64,000 bases of DNA from Candidatus Hydrogenedentes bacterium ADurb.Bin170. GTDB taxonomy: Bacteria; Hydrogenedentota; Hydrogenedentia; Hydrogenedentales; CAITNO01. The number at the start of each line of letters is the position of its first letter. Positions within the stretch are counted from its first letter, which is position 1. Below the pieces are notes generated by a model that saw only the letters and a program-made list of their open reading frames with translations, was not told where the DNA came from and did no database searches. Below, piece by piece: positions 1-9,497 of the stretch. The stretch covers positions 9,122 to 73,121 of the forward strand of contig MWCY01000010.1 in the NCBI GenBank assembly GCA_002070275.1. The letters run 5' to 3'. The translations under genes and the position numbers were made by a program.

Positions 1-1
1 T

Positions 2-538
2 TTTATTGAGGATCCCGCTTTTGTGGAGGCGCTCTTCGAATTTGCGCTGACCCTGGGACTGTCTTTTGCCAGGGCTCAATTGGAAGCAGGCGCTGATTCT
101 ATCGGTGTGGGCGATGCCGCCGCTTCTCTCATCGGCCCGCATCTTTATGAAAGCCTGGTGCTTCCTTATGAAAAAAGGCTGGTGGCGGGCATTCAGGAAA
201 TGGGCGGCAAAGTGCGTCTTCATATCTGCGGAGACACAAGTCAGCTGGTGGGTGCCATAGGCACGCTTGGCTGTGATATTGTGGATCTGGACTGGATGTC
301 TCCGCTGAAGGCTGCGCGGGTTTCTATGGGAGATCAGCAAGTGCTGGCGGGCAACGGTGATCCGGTACGGATATTTCGTAATGGAAACGAAGAAACGGTG
401 CGCAGCTATCTGTGCTCATGCCTGGCTGACGGGTCGCCGCGCTATATTCTTGCGGCGGGCTGTGAACTGGTACGGGATACGCCCGAAGCGCATGTACGAC
501 TCTTCCGCCAGATTTCCGAGGAACAGGCAGGACGCTGA
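2..538 (+). CDS. Uroporphyrinogen decarboxylase (URO-D) family protein, MtaA/CmuA-like; 5' end cut by the window edge
   Basis: The frame is open from nt 2 with no start in the window. The C-terminal half looks like the URO-D/MtaA fold (RLHICGDTSQLV, DIVDLDW, LAGNGDP, AAGCEL). Confidence 0.55.
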   Translation, partial: FIEDPAFVEALFEFALTLGLSFARAQLEAGADSIGVGDAAASLIGPHLYESLVLPYEKRLVAGIQEMGGKVRLHICGDTSQLVGAIGTLGCDIVDLDWMSPLKAARVSMGDQQVLAGNGDPVRIFRNGNEETVRSYLCSCLADGSPRYILAAGCELVRDTPEAHVRLFRQISEEQAGR

Positions 539-568
539 AGCTGCCGAAAAATATACAGGAGTGTTTTC

Positions 569-2017
569 ATGTCTCACACAGATTGTCAGGGAAAAGAGCT
601 TTCGGCGTGCTGTCCGAAGGCTGAGATTTCTTTGGGAACCTATATTGTATTTCCGGCTGTTGCGGTACTGCTTGGCTGGGGACTGCGCGGATATATAGGC
701 GGCGGTCCTTTTGCGGCACTGATACCGGGTGCTTTTCTTTCGTTGAGCCTCAGCCTGCTTTTGCGTCACGATACCGCTATGGCATGTCAGACAGCATTGT
801 TCTGCACGGTGGGGCTAGCCTTTGGCGGCGAAATGACCTATGGGCAGACGTTGGGCCTGGCGACGGCGCCGGAAACTTTCTGGTGGGGCATGCTGGGCGT
901 GACGCTCAAAGGCGGTATCTGGGGTCTTCTGGGCGGCGCACTTTTAGGGGCAGGTCTGGTGCTGCGGCGCTATGAGACAAAAAGGCTGTTTCTTGCCTGC
1001 CTGCTGATACCGGTTGCTTCTTTTATCGGCTGGAAAATAATCAATGATCCGCAGCTGATTTATTTTTCTGATCCGACAAATCCGCGAGAGGAAAGCTGGG
1101 CAGGGCTTCTGTTTGCCACGGTTGTTTTTCTTGCGGTGCTTTACGGCAGCGCCGATAAAAAGGCAAAACAGATGCCTTTGCGCTTTGCTCTGTGGGGATT
1201 GGTCGGTGGTGCGATTGGCTTCGGCGGCGGCACGCTTTTTCTTGTTTACGGTCCGTCACTGCCGGTGCCTCAGGCGTGGAGCAACTGGTGGAAAGCCATG
1301 GAGTTTTTCTTCGGCTTTATGCTGGGTGTCTTTTTTGGCGGCTGCGCCTGGTATTATCGCGGCGAGCTGGCAGAAGAAAAGGCATTTGTACGGGAGAAGG
1401 ACCGCGGGCTTCGTGATCTACTCTGGTTTGTGCCGGTGATTATTTTCTTTTTCACCCTTTTCCCGATTCTCGATACAGCGAGCACGGAGGGAAATGCCTG
1501 GTATCTCCGGGATCTCATGCATTTCATATACACTTTTGTTTTCCTTGGCGGACTCTGCCTGATTCTTGGTCTTCGCTCTTCGCCCATGACCTGGCAGATT
1601 GTGGCGACCTTGACTGTTTTTCATGCGGTGCTGGATTTTAACGAATGGGCGCCTGCAGCGGGCGAACCCAATTTTTCAATCATCGCCCGAGCCCTTATTC
1701 TGGTTCTGAGTATTGTTGGAACAGGAGCGGCGGTGCTCTTTCTGCAAAAGCGCCGGCACTTTGTGCCGCATCTTTTTCAATTGCTGCTCTGGGCGTGCTA
1801 CGGCGTTTCCTGTCTGAAGGTTTTTGCTGTGAAAAAATGGCTGCTTACCGATGCGGATGCGGGGTATCGCTTCATTAATTGCTGGCTGGATCATTACGCC
1901 ATTGTCCCGGTTTTTGTTATCTTCACGGTTTCAGCTGTTATTACGGCGTTATACATTTGCCGTGTGTATGATGAAAGCACGGGAGAAGTGTCGCTTTCTG
2001 TTCAGGAACACGGATAG
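569..2017 (+). CDS. Polytopic inner-membrane protein, family not recognised
   Basis: 482-aa ORF with an AGGAG-like SD 5-13 nt upstream of the ATG. It has many hydrophobic 20-aa segments rich in G, W and F. No catalytic motif recognised. Confidence 0.6.
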   Translation: MSHTDCQGKELSACCPKAEISLGTYIVFPAVAVLLGWGLRGYIGGGPFAALIPGAFLSLSLSLLLRHDTAMACQTALFCTVGLAFGGEMTYGQTLGLATAPETFWWGMLGVTLKGGIWGLLGGALLGAGLVLRRYETKRLFLACLLIPVASFIGWKIINDPQLIYFSDPTNPREESWAGLLFATVVFLAVLYGSADKKAKQMPLRFALWGLVGGAIGFGGGTLFLVYGPSLPVPQAWSNWWKAMEFFFGFMLGVFFGGCAWYYRGELAEEKAFVREKDRGLRDLLWFVPVIIFFFTLFPILDTASTEGNAWYLRDLMHFIYTFVFLGGLCLILGLRSSPMTWQIVATLTVFHAVLDFNEWAPAAGEPNFSIIARALILVLSIVGTGAAVLFLQKRRHFVPHLFQLLLWACYGVSCLKVFAVKKWLLTDADAGYRFINCWLDHYAIVPVFVIFTVSAVITALYICRVYDESTGEVSLSVQEHG

Positions 2018-2021
2018 CTCT

Positions 2022-2672
2022 TCAGCCCGGTATTCGCTCAAAGCTGAGGGCGGCAAAGCCCGCTGCGGGATGGATGCCCTTCAGCGCCTGAACCGGCTCT
2101 TGGGGCACGGTGCCGGGTTCCCATCTTAGAGCGCTTCGTGCATCCGTAAAAAGAAAGCCGGATTGTTCTGCAAGCGCGACTGTCTCGGTTATGCTCCGGA
2201 AATGCGCCCGGCTGTAAAGAGGGTGCCCTTTGTGCGCGGATGCTTTCCATAGGCCGCCCCAGCGGCTTTCCGGCACAGTCATACCGATCAGCAGCTGCCC
2301 GCCCGGCATGAGCACCCGCGCCGCCTCCTGAAGCGCTTGTTTTGCATCGTCCATAAAACACAATGCGAGTGCAAAAAGCACTCCCTGAAAAGCGGCGGAG
2401 GGAAAAGGCAGCGCTTCTGCACGTCCCTGGCAGAGCCGGAGTCCTTTTTGACGGCCAATACGCAGCATCCGGCTGGAGAGATCAATACCGGTGCCGATCG
2501 CAAGCGCATGGGCGAAACGCCCGGTACCCGTCCCTGCTTCCAGCCAGCCAGACGGACTGCCTTTCATTAAATCTTTGATGCAAAGCCATTCTCCCTGAAA
2601 AGCGGCTTGCCCTTCCGGCGTGTCATACCAGAGATCGTAGTTGTCTGCGGTAAAGTCAAAAGGCGTTTTCAT
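2022..2672 (-). CDS. Class I SAM-dependent methyltransferase (Methyltransf_11-like)
   Basis: Motif I is LEAGTGTGRF and the post-I/II region is ALPFPSAAFQGV..VLMPGGQL. I trimmed the start to the internal ATG at 2672 (MKTPFDF), because the upstream 55 codons look non-coding. Confidence 0.75.
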   Translation of the reverse strand: MKTPFDFTADNYDLWYDTPEGQAAFQGEWLCIKDLMKGSPSGWLEAGTGTGRFAHALAIGTGIDLSSRMLRIGRQKGLRLCQGRAEALPFPSAAFQGVLFALALCFMDDAKQALQEAARVLMPGGQLLIGMTVPESRWGGLWKASAHKGHPLYSRAHFRSITETVALAEQSGFLFTDARSALRWEPGTVPQEPVQALKGIHPAAGFAALSFERIPG

Positions 2673-2792
2673 GGCTTTTTCTGCATTCAGGCGGCTGGTG
2701 TTTTTTAAATTATATGCCCCTTGGGTCCTGCGGTCAACTGCCGGGAAAAAGGCAGGATACCGGGGATTTCCGCATTCCGGACTGAGCGGCAT

Positions 2793-2822
2793 TTGACAAA
2801 AGAGGTTACTCTCTGATACAGT
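2793..2822 (+). promoter_or_regulatory. Sigma70-type promoter candidate (TTGACA-18 nt-TACAGT with a TG extended -10) driving the infC leader
   Basis: TTGACA lies at 2793-2798 and TGATACAGT at 2814-2822. It points toward infC and there is no + strand gene upstream. Confidence 0.4.
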
Positions 2823-2940
2823 ATGGCTACGGATCATAGTTATCCGTCAGCAGAAGAAGGAAAATATTCCTCACCTTGCGGCGGCTTCGAGCCTGCCAGC
2901 CTGGTTGCGCACCACAGAAAATCGTGGTTTAGTATGTGTA

Positions 2941-2982
2941 CGCGACGAAGGCAGGTGTCTTCTGTCGCGTTTTTTTATTTTT
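2941..2982 (+). terminator. Intrinsic terminator/attenuator hairpin in the infC 5' leader
   Basis: CGCGACGAAG (2941-2950) pairs with CTTCTGTCGCG (2959-2969), giving 10 bp with 1 bulge and an 8-nt loop. It is followed by TTTTTTTATTTTT and ends 70 nt before the infC start. Confidence 0.6.
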
Positions 2983-3051
2983 CCGGATAAGACCGGATCC
3001 TTTGTGTTATATGTCGTTCGGCCCTTAAGCGGCCCATAGGAGAAGACTCTC

Positions 3052-3585
3052 ATCGGCAAGGAAAAAAAGCAAGACCAAGTGCGGGTGAACGAAGAAATCC
3101 GCGCCCGTCAGGTGCGGGTTATTGATGAAGAAGGCGCCCAGCTTGGAATTATGAGCCCCCGGGATGCAATCCGCGAAGCGGCACACCGCGGCTTTGATCT
3201 GGTGGAGGTGGCACCGGATGCAGTGCCTCCAGTCTGCCGTATCATGGACTATGGGAAGTATCGCTACGAGCAGAAACGCCGTGCCCGGGAAGCCCGCAAA
3301 AATCAGCATACGGTTTCTTTAAAAGAAATCAAATACCGGCCCAAGATTGATAAGCATGACTTTGAGTTCAAGACCAACCACGTCCGTGAATTCCTGAAAG
3401 AAGGGAACAAGGTGCGCGTGACCATCATGTTCCGCGGCCGCGAAATGGCACATCAGGAATTCGGGCGCGAGATCATCCAGCGGGTGATTGAAGCTACCCA
3501 GGATTTGTGTGTGGGCGACAATACGGCAGGTCTTGCCAAGATGGAAGGCCGTAATATGTCCATCGTTCTGACCCCGGCAAAATAG
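3052..3585 (+). CDS. infC: Translation initiation factor IF-3
   Basis: The protein has RVNEEIRARQVRVIDEEG..LVEVAP...PPVCRIMDYGKYRYE and the C-domain KEIKYRPKIDKHDFEFK. I propose an ATC start at 3052 because AGGAG (3038-3042) lies 9 nt upstream. The GTG at 3079 used by the ORF track has no SD. Confidence 0.9.
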   Translation: MGKEKKQDQVRVNEEIRARQVRVIDEEGAQLGIMSPRDAIREAAHRGFDLVEVAPDAVPPVCRIMDYGKYRYEQKRRAREARKNQHTVSLKEIKYRPKIDKHDFEFKTNHVREFLKEGNKVRVTIMFRGREMAHQEFGREIIQRVIEATQDLCVGDNTAGLAKMEGRNMSIVLTPAK

Positions 3586-3713
3586 CGTCTGTCTTTGACA
3601 GAGATACAGCATCAGGCTTAACAGGCATCGTCTCTCATAAAAGGGACAGATGTTTTGTCCGGTCTTAGTCACATGAAGAAACACTGAGCATTGTACTACA
3701 GGAGATTGCAGTT

Positions 3714-3911
3714 ATGCCTAAACTGAAAACGAACAAAAGCGCAGCCAAGCGTTTCAGCCGTACGAAAAACGGATCTTTCAAACGTCACCACGCTTATGCG
3801 CGCCACCTTATGTCCTCCAAAACCCCCAAACGTCGGAGAAATCTTCGTCAGTCGGCTTTGGTTTCGTCTGAGGAAGTCCCGCGGATCAAACGGCTTCTTC
3901 CCTACGCCTGA
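3714..3911 (+). CDS. rpmI: 50S ribosomal protein L35
   Basis: MPKLKTNKSAAKRF...; 65 aa and very basic. It follows infC and has an AGGAG SD. Confidence 0.95.
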   Translation: MPKLKTNKSAAKRFSRTKNGSFKRHHAYARHLMSSKTPKRRRNLRQSALVSSEEVPRIKRLLPYA

Positions 3912-3992
3912 TCGTCGGGAGGTATTCCGGGTACAACACAGGGATCCCGGCAGCGGATCCACTGATTCAGAGAGTAAACAAGGAGATTTATC

Positions 3993-4355
3993 ATGCCCCG
4001 TGCAACAAATAATCCGGCTTCCCGCCAGCGCCGCAAAAAAGTCCTCAAACTGGCAGCAGGCTATCGCGGAGCCCGCCACAAACTGTACAAGACAGCGCAG
4101 CAGGCCGTTGATCACAGCGGTCAGTACGCCTATCGTGACCGACGCAACCGGAAAAGAGAATTCCGCCGCCTGTGGATCGCACGCATCAACGCGGGTGCCC
4201 GTGCCAACGGCATTACCTACAATCGCCTGATCGAGGGGCTTCACAAGGCTGATATCAGTCTGGACCGGAAAATGCTTGCCGAACTGGCAGTCAACAATGC
4301 GGAAGCTTTTGCTGCCCTGGTTGAAAAAGCCAAAGCAACATTGGCGGCTGTATAA
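3993..4355 (+). CDS. rplT: 50S ribosomal protein L20
   Basis: [28 protein letters not shown]...[10 protein letters not shown]. It sits in the conserved infC-rpmI-rplT order. Confidence 0.95.
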   Translation: MPRATNNPASRQRRKKVLKLAAGYRGARHKLYKTAQQAVDHSGQYAYRDRRNRKREFRRLWIARINAGARANGITYNRLIEGLHKADISLDRKMLAELAVNNAEAFAALVEKAKATLAAV

Positions 4356-4357
4356 TC

Positions 4358-5107
4358 ATGCGCATTGTTCCTGCGGTGGATATCCGCGGCGGATTGTGTG
4401 TGAATCTTGTTCAAGGTGATTTTGATCAGGAAACCGTCTATTCTCAGGATCCTGTCGATCAGGCACAGGCGTGGTGGCATGCGCTGCTTGAGGCGGGTCA
4501 GAAAGACGATTCCCTGATTCATATGGTTGACCTTGACGGAGCACGTACAGGCGCCTGCTGTATCCTGCCGCAGCTGAAAATGCTTGCCCGCCGCGGTATT
4601 CCCTATGAAGTCGGGGGCGGCATACGCTCTCTGGAAACCATAGAACAGATTCTTGAGGCAGGCGCAGCCCGGGTAATTCTGGGTACTGCTGCCTACCGGG
4701 ATCGTGAACTGCTGGCAGAAAGCTGCCGACGCTGGCCCGGGAAAATAGCAGTAGGCATCGATGCCCGCGCTGGTCAGCTGGTACTCAGCGGATGGCTTGA
4801 AAACACTGATGCGGATGCGCTTGTCTTTGCCCGTGAAGTGGCGGAAGCGGGCGCTTCACGCATTATCTATACAGATATCCTCAGCGACGGCATGCTCTCG
4901 GGACCCAATCAGGAAATGACGGGAGCCGTCGCCCGTACCGCAGCAATTCCTGTAACCCTTTCCGGAGGGGTCGCCTCTCTGGATGATATTCATAATGCCC
5001 GTGCACTGGCGGCTCTCGGCGTGGACGAAGTGATTGTGGGCCGTGCCCTTTATGTCGGTCGTTTTACTGTGGAGCAGGCGGTGCGGGCAGCACGAGAAAG
5101 GCCATGA
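4358..5107 (+). CDS. hisA: ProFAR isomerase HisA (HisA/HisF TIM-barrel family)
   Basis: MRIVPAVDIRGG.CVNLVQGDF..TVYS.DP and VDLDGA. The C-terminal phosphate-binding region is SGGV.SLDDI...G.DEVIVGRALY. Confidence 0.8.
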   Translation: MRIVPAVDIRGGLCVNLVQGDFDQETVYSQDPVDQAQAWWHALLEAGQKDDSLIHMVDLDGARTGACCILPQLKMLARRGIPYEVGGGIRSLETIEQILEAGAARVILGTAAYRDRELLAESCRRWPGKIAVGIDARAGQLVLSGWLENTDADALVFAREVAEAGASRIIYTDILSDGMLSGPNQEMTGAVARTAAIPVTLSGGVASLDDIHNARALAALGVDEVIVGRALYVGRFTVEQAVRAARERP

Positions 5108-5961
5108 ACATCGGCTTTGAGCGGATTACCATTATCGGTGTTGGATTATTGGGAGCCTCTCTGGGGCTGGCACTGAAAAGACGGAAGTCTGGTGCCCGGA
5201 TTACCGGAGTGGGTAGACGGGCAGAAAGCCTGGAAAAAGCGCTGCAGTGCGGTGCTGTCGATGAAATTTCCCTCGATCCGCTCAGTGCGTCGGCACAGGC
5301 TGACGCGGTTATCATCGCTACCCCGGTTCAGCAGGTCATTCCCCTGCTGGATCTGCTCGCTCCTCATCTTTCCCCGAACGCTCTTGTCATGGATGTGGCA
5401 AGTGTCAAACAGGAAATATGCGACCATGCCCGACGGATTTTTCCCGTACCGCGTCGCTTTGTGGGCTGTCATCCTATGGCGGGCGGTGAAAAATTCGGGC
5501 CGGAAAACGGTACTGCCGAACTCTATGAAGGTACCGTCTGCCTTATGGAAGACAGCCCGGATCTCAGTGAAGAGGCACAGCAGGCGGCCCGGGCATTCTG
5601 GGAATTTGTAGGTACCCGCGTCGTCACCCTCAATGCGGCGCGGCATGATGCGCTTCTTGCCCGTACCAGCCATTTGCCACATGTGGCGGCGGCAGCTCTG
5701 GCGCGCATTGTGTATGATGCCGGAGCAGACAGCACACTGATAGGCAGAGGGTTTCTGGATGTGACCCGTATCGCCGCTTCCCGCGCTGAAATCTGGCGCG
5801 ACATCAGTCTGTCAAACCGGGGTGCGCTTCTCGGAGCGATCCAGGAACTTCAACAGAGCCTGGATGCGTTTGAAGCTGCTCTGACAAAGGGTGATGCCGC
5901 GGCGGTGGAAGACTTTTTTGAGAAGGCGGCTGAAGCGCGCGGCAAGGTGACTGCCTCATGA
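5104..5961 (+). CDS. tyrA: Prephenate/arogenate dehydrogenase
   Basis: The Rossmann motif is ITIIGVGLLGASLG and HPMAGGE is present. It overlaps hisA by ATGA. Confidence 0.85.
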   Translation: MNIGFERITIIGVGLLGASLGLALKRRKSGARITGVGRRAESLEKALQCGAVDEISLDPLSASAQADAVIIATPVQQVIPLLDLLAPHLSPNALVMDVASVKQEICDHARRIFPVPRRFVGCHPMAGGEKFGPENGTAELYEGTVCLMEDSPDLSEEAQQAARAFWEFVGTRVVTLNAARHDALLARTSHLPHVAAAALARIVYDAGADSTLIGRGFLDVTRIAASRAEIWRDISLSNRGALLGAIQELQQSLDAFEAALTKGDAAAVEDFFEKAAEARGKVTAS

Positions 5962-6605
5962 CAGGACTTTTTATTACACTGGAAGGCGGAGAAGGCTCAG
6001 GAAAGAGCACACAGATCGGGCTGCTCTCTCAATGGCTGCGACAGCAGGGCTATGAAGTTCTTGCCACACGGGAACCGGGCGGCACGCCGCTGGCAGAAGA
6101 GATACGCACGCTCCTGATGGTTCCCCGAAGCGAAAAAATGTCCTCTCTGGCTGAACTGTTTCTGTATCAGGCGGCGCGGGCACAGCATGTGCAGGAGGTC
6201 ATCCGTCCGGCACTGCTTCGCGGAGCGGTGGTGCTCTGCGACCGTTTCACCGACAGCACCCGGGCCTACCAGGGCGCCGGTCGGACGCTTCCGGATGAGA
6301 CGGTTGTTCAGCTGAATCAACTGGCGGCTCAGGATATTCAGCCTGATATTACATTTATTCTGGATCTTCCTGAAGAGGCGGGGATGCAGCGTGCCCGGGA
6401 CAGAGGCAGTGATGACCGTATGATGACGGAAGCGCTGGCTTTTCACCGGAACATTCGAGCCGCTTTTCAACGCCTTGCGAAGGAGGAGCCCGATCGTATT
6501 ACAATGGTAGATGGTACCCTTTCCCGGGAAGCGGTGCTGGCTGTGCTGCAGGAACGGATTCTTCCGCGGCTGCCTGCCCGTCCGATGCCGGAGAAACGCT
6601 CCTGA
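5958..6605 (+). CDS. tmk: Thymidylate kinase
   Basis: The P-loop is FITLEGGEGSGKST, with REPGGT and DRF. It overlaps tyrA by ATGA. Confidence 0.95.
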   Translation: MTGLFITLEGGEGSGKSTQIGLLSQWLRQQGYEVLATREPGGTPLAEEIRTLLMVPRSEKMSSLAELFLYQAARAQHVQEVIRPALLRGAVVLCDRFTDSTRAYQGAGRTLPDETVVQLNQLAAQDIQPDITFILDLPEEAGMQRARDRGSDDRMMTEALAFHRNIRAAFQRLAKEEPDRITMVDGTLSREAVLAVLQERILPRLPARPMPEKRS

Positions 6606-6670
6606 ACAGGTGCGTCCGCTTCCTGATACGGGATCGGACGTGCTGCAGCTATGAATAACAGGCAAAGAGA

Positions 6671-7801
6671 ATGAGCTTTTCACAGATTCGGGATCAGGAG
6701 ATTGCCCTGCGTCTTCTGCAGGGAATGTGCCGCCGGGAGCGCATCCCCAACGGATTGCTCTTTTGGGGACCGGACGGCGTGGGTAAAAGTCTGGCCGCTC
6801 TCGAATTTGCCAAGGCGGTGAACTGTGAAGCCCGGAATGGAGATGCCTGCGGTCAATGCCTTTCCTGCAGAAAAATCACGAACAGAAACCATGGCGATAT
6901 TCTTTATATTGCGCCGGAGGGCAAAGGGCGGCTCATCAATGTGAAAGCCATAGAGTCCATGACCGAGATGGTGATCTACCGCCCTTTTGAAGGGGGTACC
7001 CGTGTTGTCCTGATTTATGACGCCGACCGCATGCATGAGGCGGCGCAGAACAAGTTTCTGAAAACACTGGAAGAGCCGCCGAGTAAAACTGTTTTTGTGC
7101 TGATCACCACATCTCCCCGCCGCCTGCTGCCCACCATTCTGTCACGGTGCCACCGTATCCGCTTCCGTGCTCTTCAGGAAGCTACGGTCGTGCAGATTCT
7201 CCGGGAGAAGGAGCAGTGCTCCGAGACCCGTGCGCTAGCCATCGCTCCTCTTGCTCAGGGCAGTATGACCCGTGCGCTGGATCTTCTCCATTCCGACCGG
7301 CGGGAAGCGGTGCTTGACATTATTAAACGCCTCGCTTCCCGGGAAGATCCGCTGGTTGTCAGCGAGCTTTTCACAGCTCACCTTCAGGAAAAAGAAAAAC
7401 AGATTACCGCTGAACTGAAAGCGGAATGGTCGGGCAAACCGGAGGAGGGCGGCGAGTCTCCGGAAATGGAGAAAGAGGGACTGGAAGCACTGGTGGCGGG
7501 CCGGATTCGCCGGGAAGTGCAGGAATATTTACGCCTTTTTGACAGCTGGTATCGCGATGAGATGATGCAGGCTGTGTCCGCTGGTGAGGCGCTGCTGTTC
7601 AACCGGGATCAGATGGCGCATCTTGCCAGGGACATTTCTTTGGACGGGCAGTCTGTCAAGCTGGCGGCGATTAATGAAGCCGCACGGTATATAGAAAGAA
7701 ACATGCAGTCACAGCGGGTGTTCCGGGATTTATTTTTTGAGCTTGCCCGGCCCGTTACCGGCACTGCGCTTCGCCCTCCGGGCAGGCAGGCGGGTGGCTG
7801 A
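6671..7801 (+). CDS. holB: DNA polymerase III delta' subunit
   Basis: GLLFWGPDGVGKS, the zinc module CGQCLSCRKI, and the SRC motif LSRCHRIRF. It sits in the conserved tmk-holB order. Confidence 0.85.
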   Translation: MSFSQIRDQEIALRLLQGMCRRERIPNGLLFWGPDGVGKSLAALEFAKAVNCEARNGDACGQCLSCRKITNRNHGDILYIAPEGKGRLINVKAIESMTEMVIYRPFEGGTRVVLIYDADRMHEAAQNKFLKTLEEPPSKTVFVLITTSPRRLLPTILSRCHRIRFRALQEATVVQILREKEQCSETRALAIAPLAQGSMTRALDLLHSDRREAVLDIIKRLASREDPLVVSELFTAHLQEKEKQITAELKAEWSGKPEEGGESPEMEKEGLEALVAGRIRREVQEYLRLFDSWYRDEMMQAVSAGEALLFNRDQMAHLARDISLDGQSVKLAAINEAARYIERNMQSQRVFRDLFFELARPVTGTALRPPGRQAGG

Positions 7802-7843
7802 TGCATCGGGGCATTCCCCGTACAGTAAAAAACACGCACAGGT

Positions 7844-8713
7844 ATGCATATGAATATTGTACATGTCCGATTACGCAAGTCCCGCCGGGTTATGGTTCTT
7901 TCCAGCGGTGATCTGGTGCTGCAGCGGGATGACCCACTTATTGTGAACACCGAACAGGGGCTGGAATGGGCGACTTGTATTCTCCCTCCGGAGCCTTGTG
8001 TGGATACGGCGCACCTGCCAGCCGAGCTGCGGGTTGTGCGCAAGGCAACTGTTTCCGATGAGCATGCGCTGGAAGCACTGGAAGCAGAGGAGCGCACCGC
8101 CTGGGAAGTATGTTATAAACGGATAGAAAAACGAAACCTTCCCATGCGTCTGGTTGCGGCGGAATACACCTTCGACAAGCATAAAATCACTTTTTATTTT
8201 ACCGCAGAAAACCGGGTCGATTTCCGTGAGCTTGTGCGGGATCTCGCCAAAGACCTGCACAGCCGTATCGAATTACGCCATATTCAGGTGCGCGACCGCT
8301 CCAAACTGGTCGGCGGCCTGGGCTGCTGCGGCAGAGAATTATGTTGTGCCAGCTGGCTGAATCATTTCGTGCCTATTTCCATGCGTATGGCGAAATGCCA
8401 GAATCTGTCGTTGAACCCGGGAAAGATCAGCGGTCAGTGCGGTCGCCTGCTTTGCTGTCTGCAATATGAAAATGAGGTTTATGAATCCGGTGACATCCAG
8501 TGCTGCCAGATAGCCGCACTGCAGGAAAAGGGAGATGAAGCTTCAGCCTCTGCACTGGAGGAGGAAGCGCCTTCCAGGAACAATATCGTGGTTGCCGCAC
8601 CGGAACAGCATTGGGAAAAACATACGGTCTCCTCTTCCAATCAGGATGAAAAGAAGAAGGGGAAAAATGCCCGGCGTAAGAAGAAGAAAAAACCGGGAAA
8701 AAATCAGCCATGA
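7844..8713 (+). CDS. ricT: PSP1-domain protein (YaaT/RicT-like)
   Basis: KITFYFTAENRVDFRELVRDL...RIELRHIQVRD..GGLGCCGRELCC..W...CCLQYE. It follows holB as in Bacillus, and has a Lys-rich C-terminal tail. Confidence 0.85.
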   Translation: MHMNIVHVRLRKSRRVMVLSSGDLVLQRDDPLIVNTEQGLEWATCILPPEPCVDTAHLPAELRVVRKATVSDEHALEALEAEERTAWEVCYKRIEKRNLPMRLVAAEYTFDKHKITFYFTAENRVDFRELVRDLAKDLHSRIELRHIQVRDRSKLVGGLGCCGRELCCASWLNHFVPISMRMAKCQNLSLNPGKISGQCGRLLCCLQYENEVYESGDIQCCQIAALQEKGDEASASALEEEAPSRNNIVVAAPEQHWEKHTVSSSNQDEKKKGKNARRKKKKKPGKNQP

Positions 8714-9471
8714 AAGGAGTGGATACACACTGCCACCTGCAGATGGCCCCTTTTGATGAGGATAGGGAAGCCGCACTGGACCGGGCATTGCAGGTGCTGA
8801 AATGGCTGGTGGTTGTCGGGTATGGCCTTGACGGCAGTGAAAGCGCTCTGGCGCTGTGCCGTCCGGGGGTCTATGCCACCGCCGGATTCCATCCTTATCT
8901 GGCTTCGGGCTATGACGATGCCGGAGAAGCACGTCTTAAAGAACTGGCACAGAAAAAGGGCATTGTGGCGCTGGGGGAAATGGGTCTGGATTATTTTAAT
9001 GAATTTTCGCCCCGGCCAGAGCAGCGGGTCTGTTTTGAACGGCAGCTGGCGCTTGCTGCAGAACTGCAGCTGCCTGTGATCATCCATTGCCGTGAAGCCG
9101 ATGAGGACACAGAGGCGATTCTGAAAGACTACATTTCAGACCTCCCCGAATGCATTATGCATTGTTTCGGCGGCACGGCCTCCTTTGCGGAAAGATGTGT
9201 CGGCATGGGCTGCTACGTCAGTTTTGCCGGAAATGTGACCTTTCCCAAAGCACAGACGCTGCGGGAAGCGGCTCTGGTGGTTCCTTTGGAACGGCTTCTT
9301 GCGGAGACCGATGCCCCCTATCTCGCGCCGCAGTCTTTTCGGGGGAAGCGCTGTGAGCCTGCCCATGTCATGACGACGTTGACGTTTCTGGCGCAGCTGA
9401 AGGGGCTTCCCCCGGAACAGCTGATCGGACAGGTGGTGAAAAACGGAGAACAGGCATACAGGCTGTGCTGA
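8710..9471 (+). CDS. tatD: TatD-family metal-dependent hydrolase/DNase
   Basis: DTHCHL, GEMGLDY, IIHCREA and ETDAPYL. Confidence 0.9.
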   Translation: MKGVDTHCHLQMAPFDEDREAALDRALQVLKWLVVVGYGLDGSESALALCRPGVYATAGFHPYLASGYDDAGEARLKELAQKKGIVALGEMGLDYFNEFSPRPEQRVCFERQLALAAELQLPVIIHCREADEDTEAILKDYISDLPECIMHCFGGTASFAERCVGMGCYVSFAGNVTFPKAQTLREAALVVPLERLLAETDAPYLAPQSFRGKRCEPAHVMTTLTFLAQLKGLPPEQLIGQVVKNGEQAYRLC

Positions 9472-9497
9472 GGCGTCACCGGCCGGCGCGGTTTGTA

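Noticed and set aside
2673-2837. N-terminal extensions of track ORFs (2022-2837, 13962-15128, 37144-38334, 46527-48182, 55302-55796, 57838-59172)
   Set aside because: The extensions lack SD sequences and protein-like composition. Internal ATGs give canonical N-termini: a methyltransferase start, first TM helix, lipobox, MKDTIYIFDTTLRDGEQ, and prepilin leaders.
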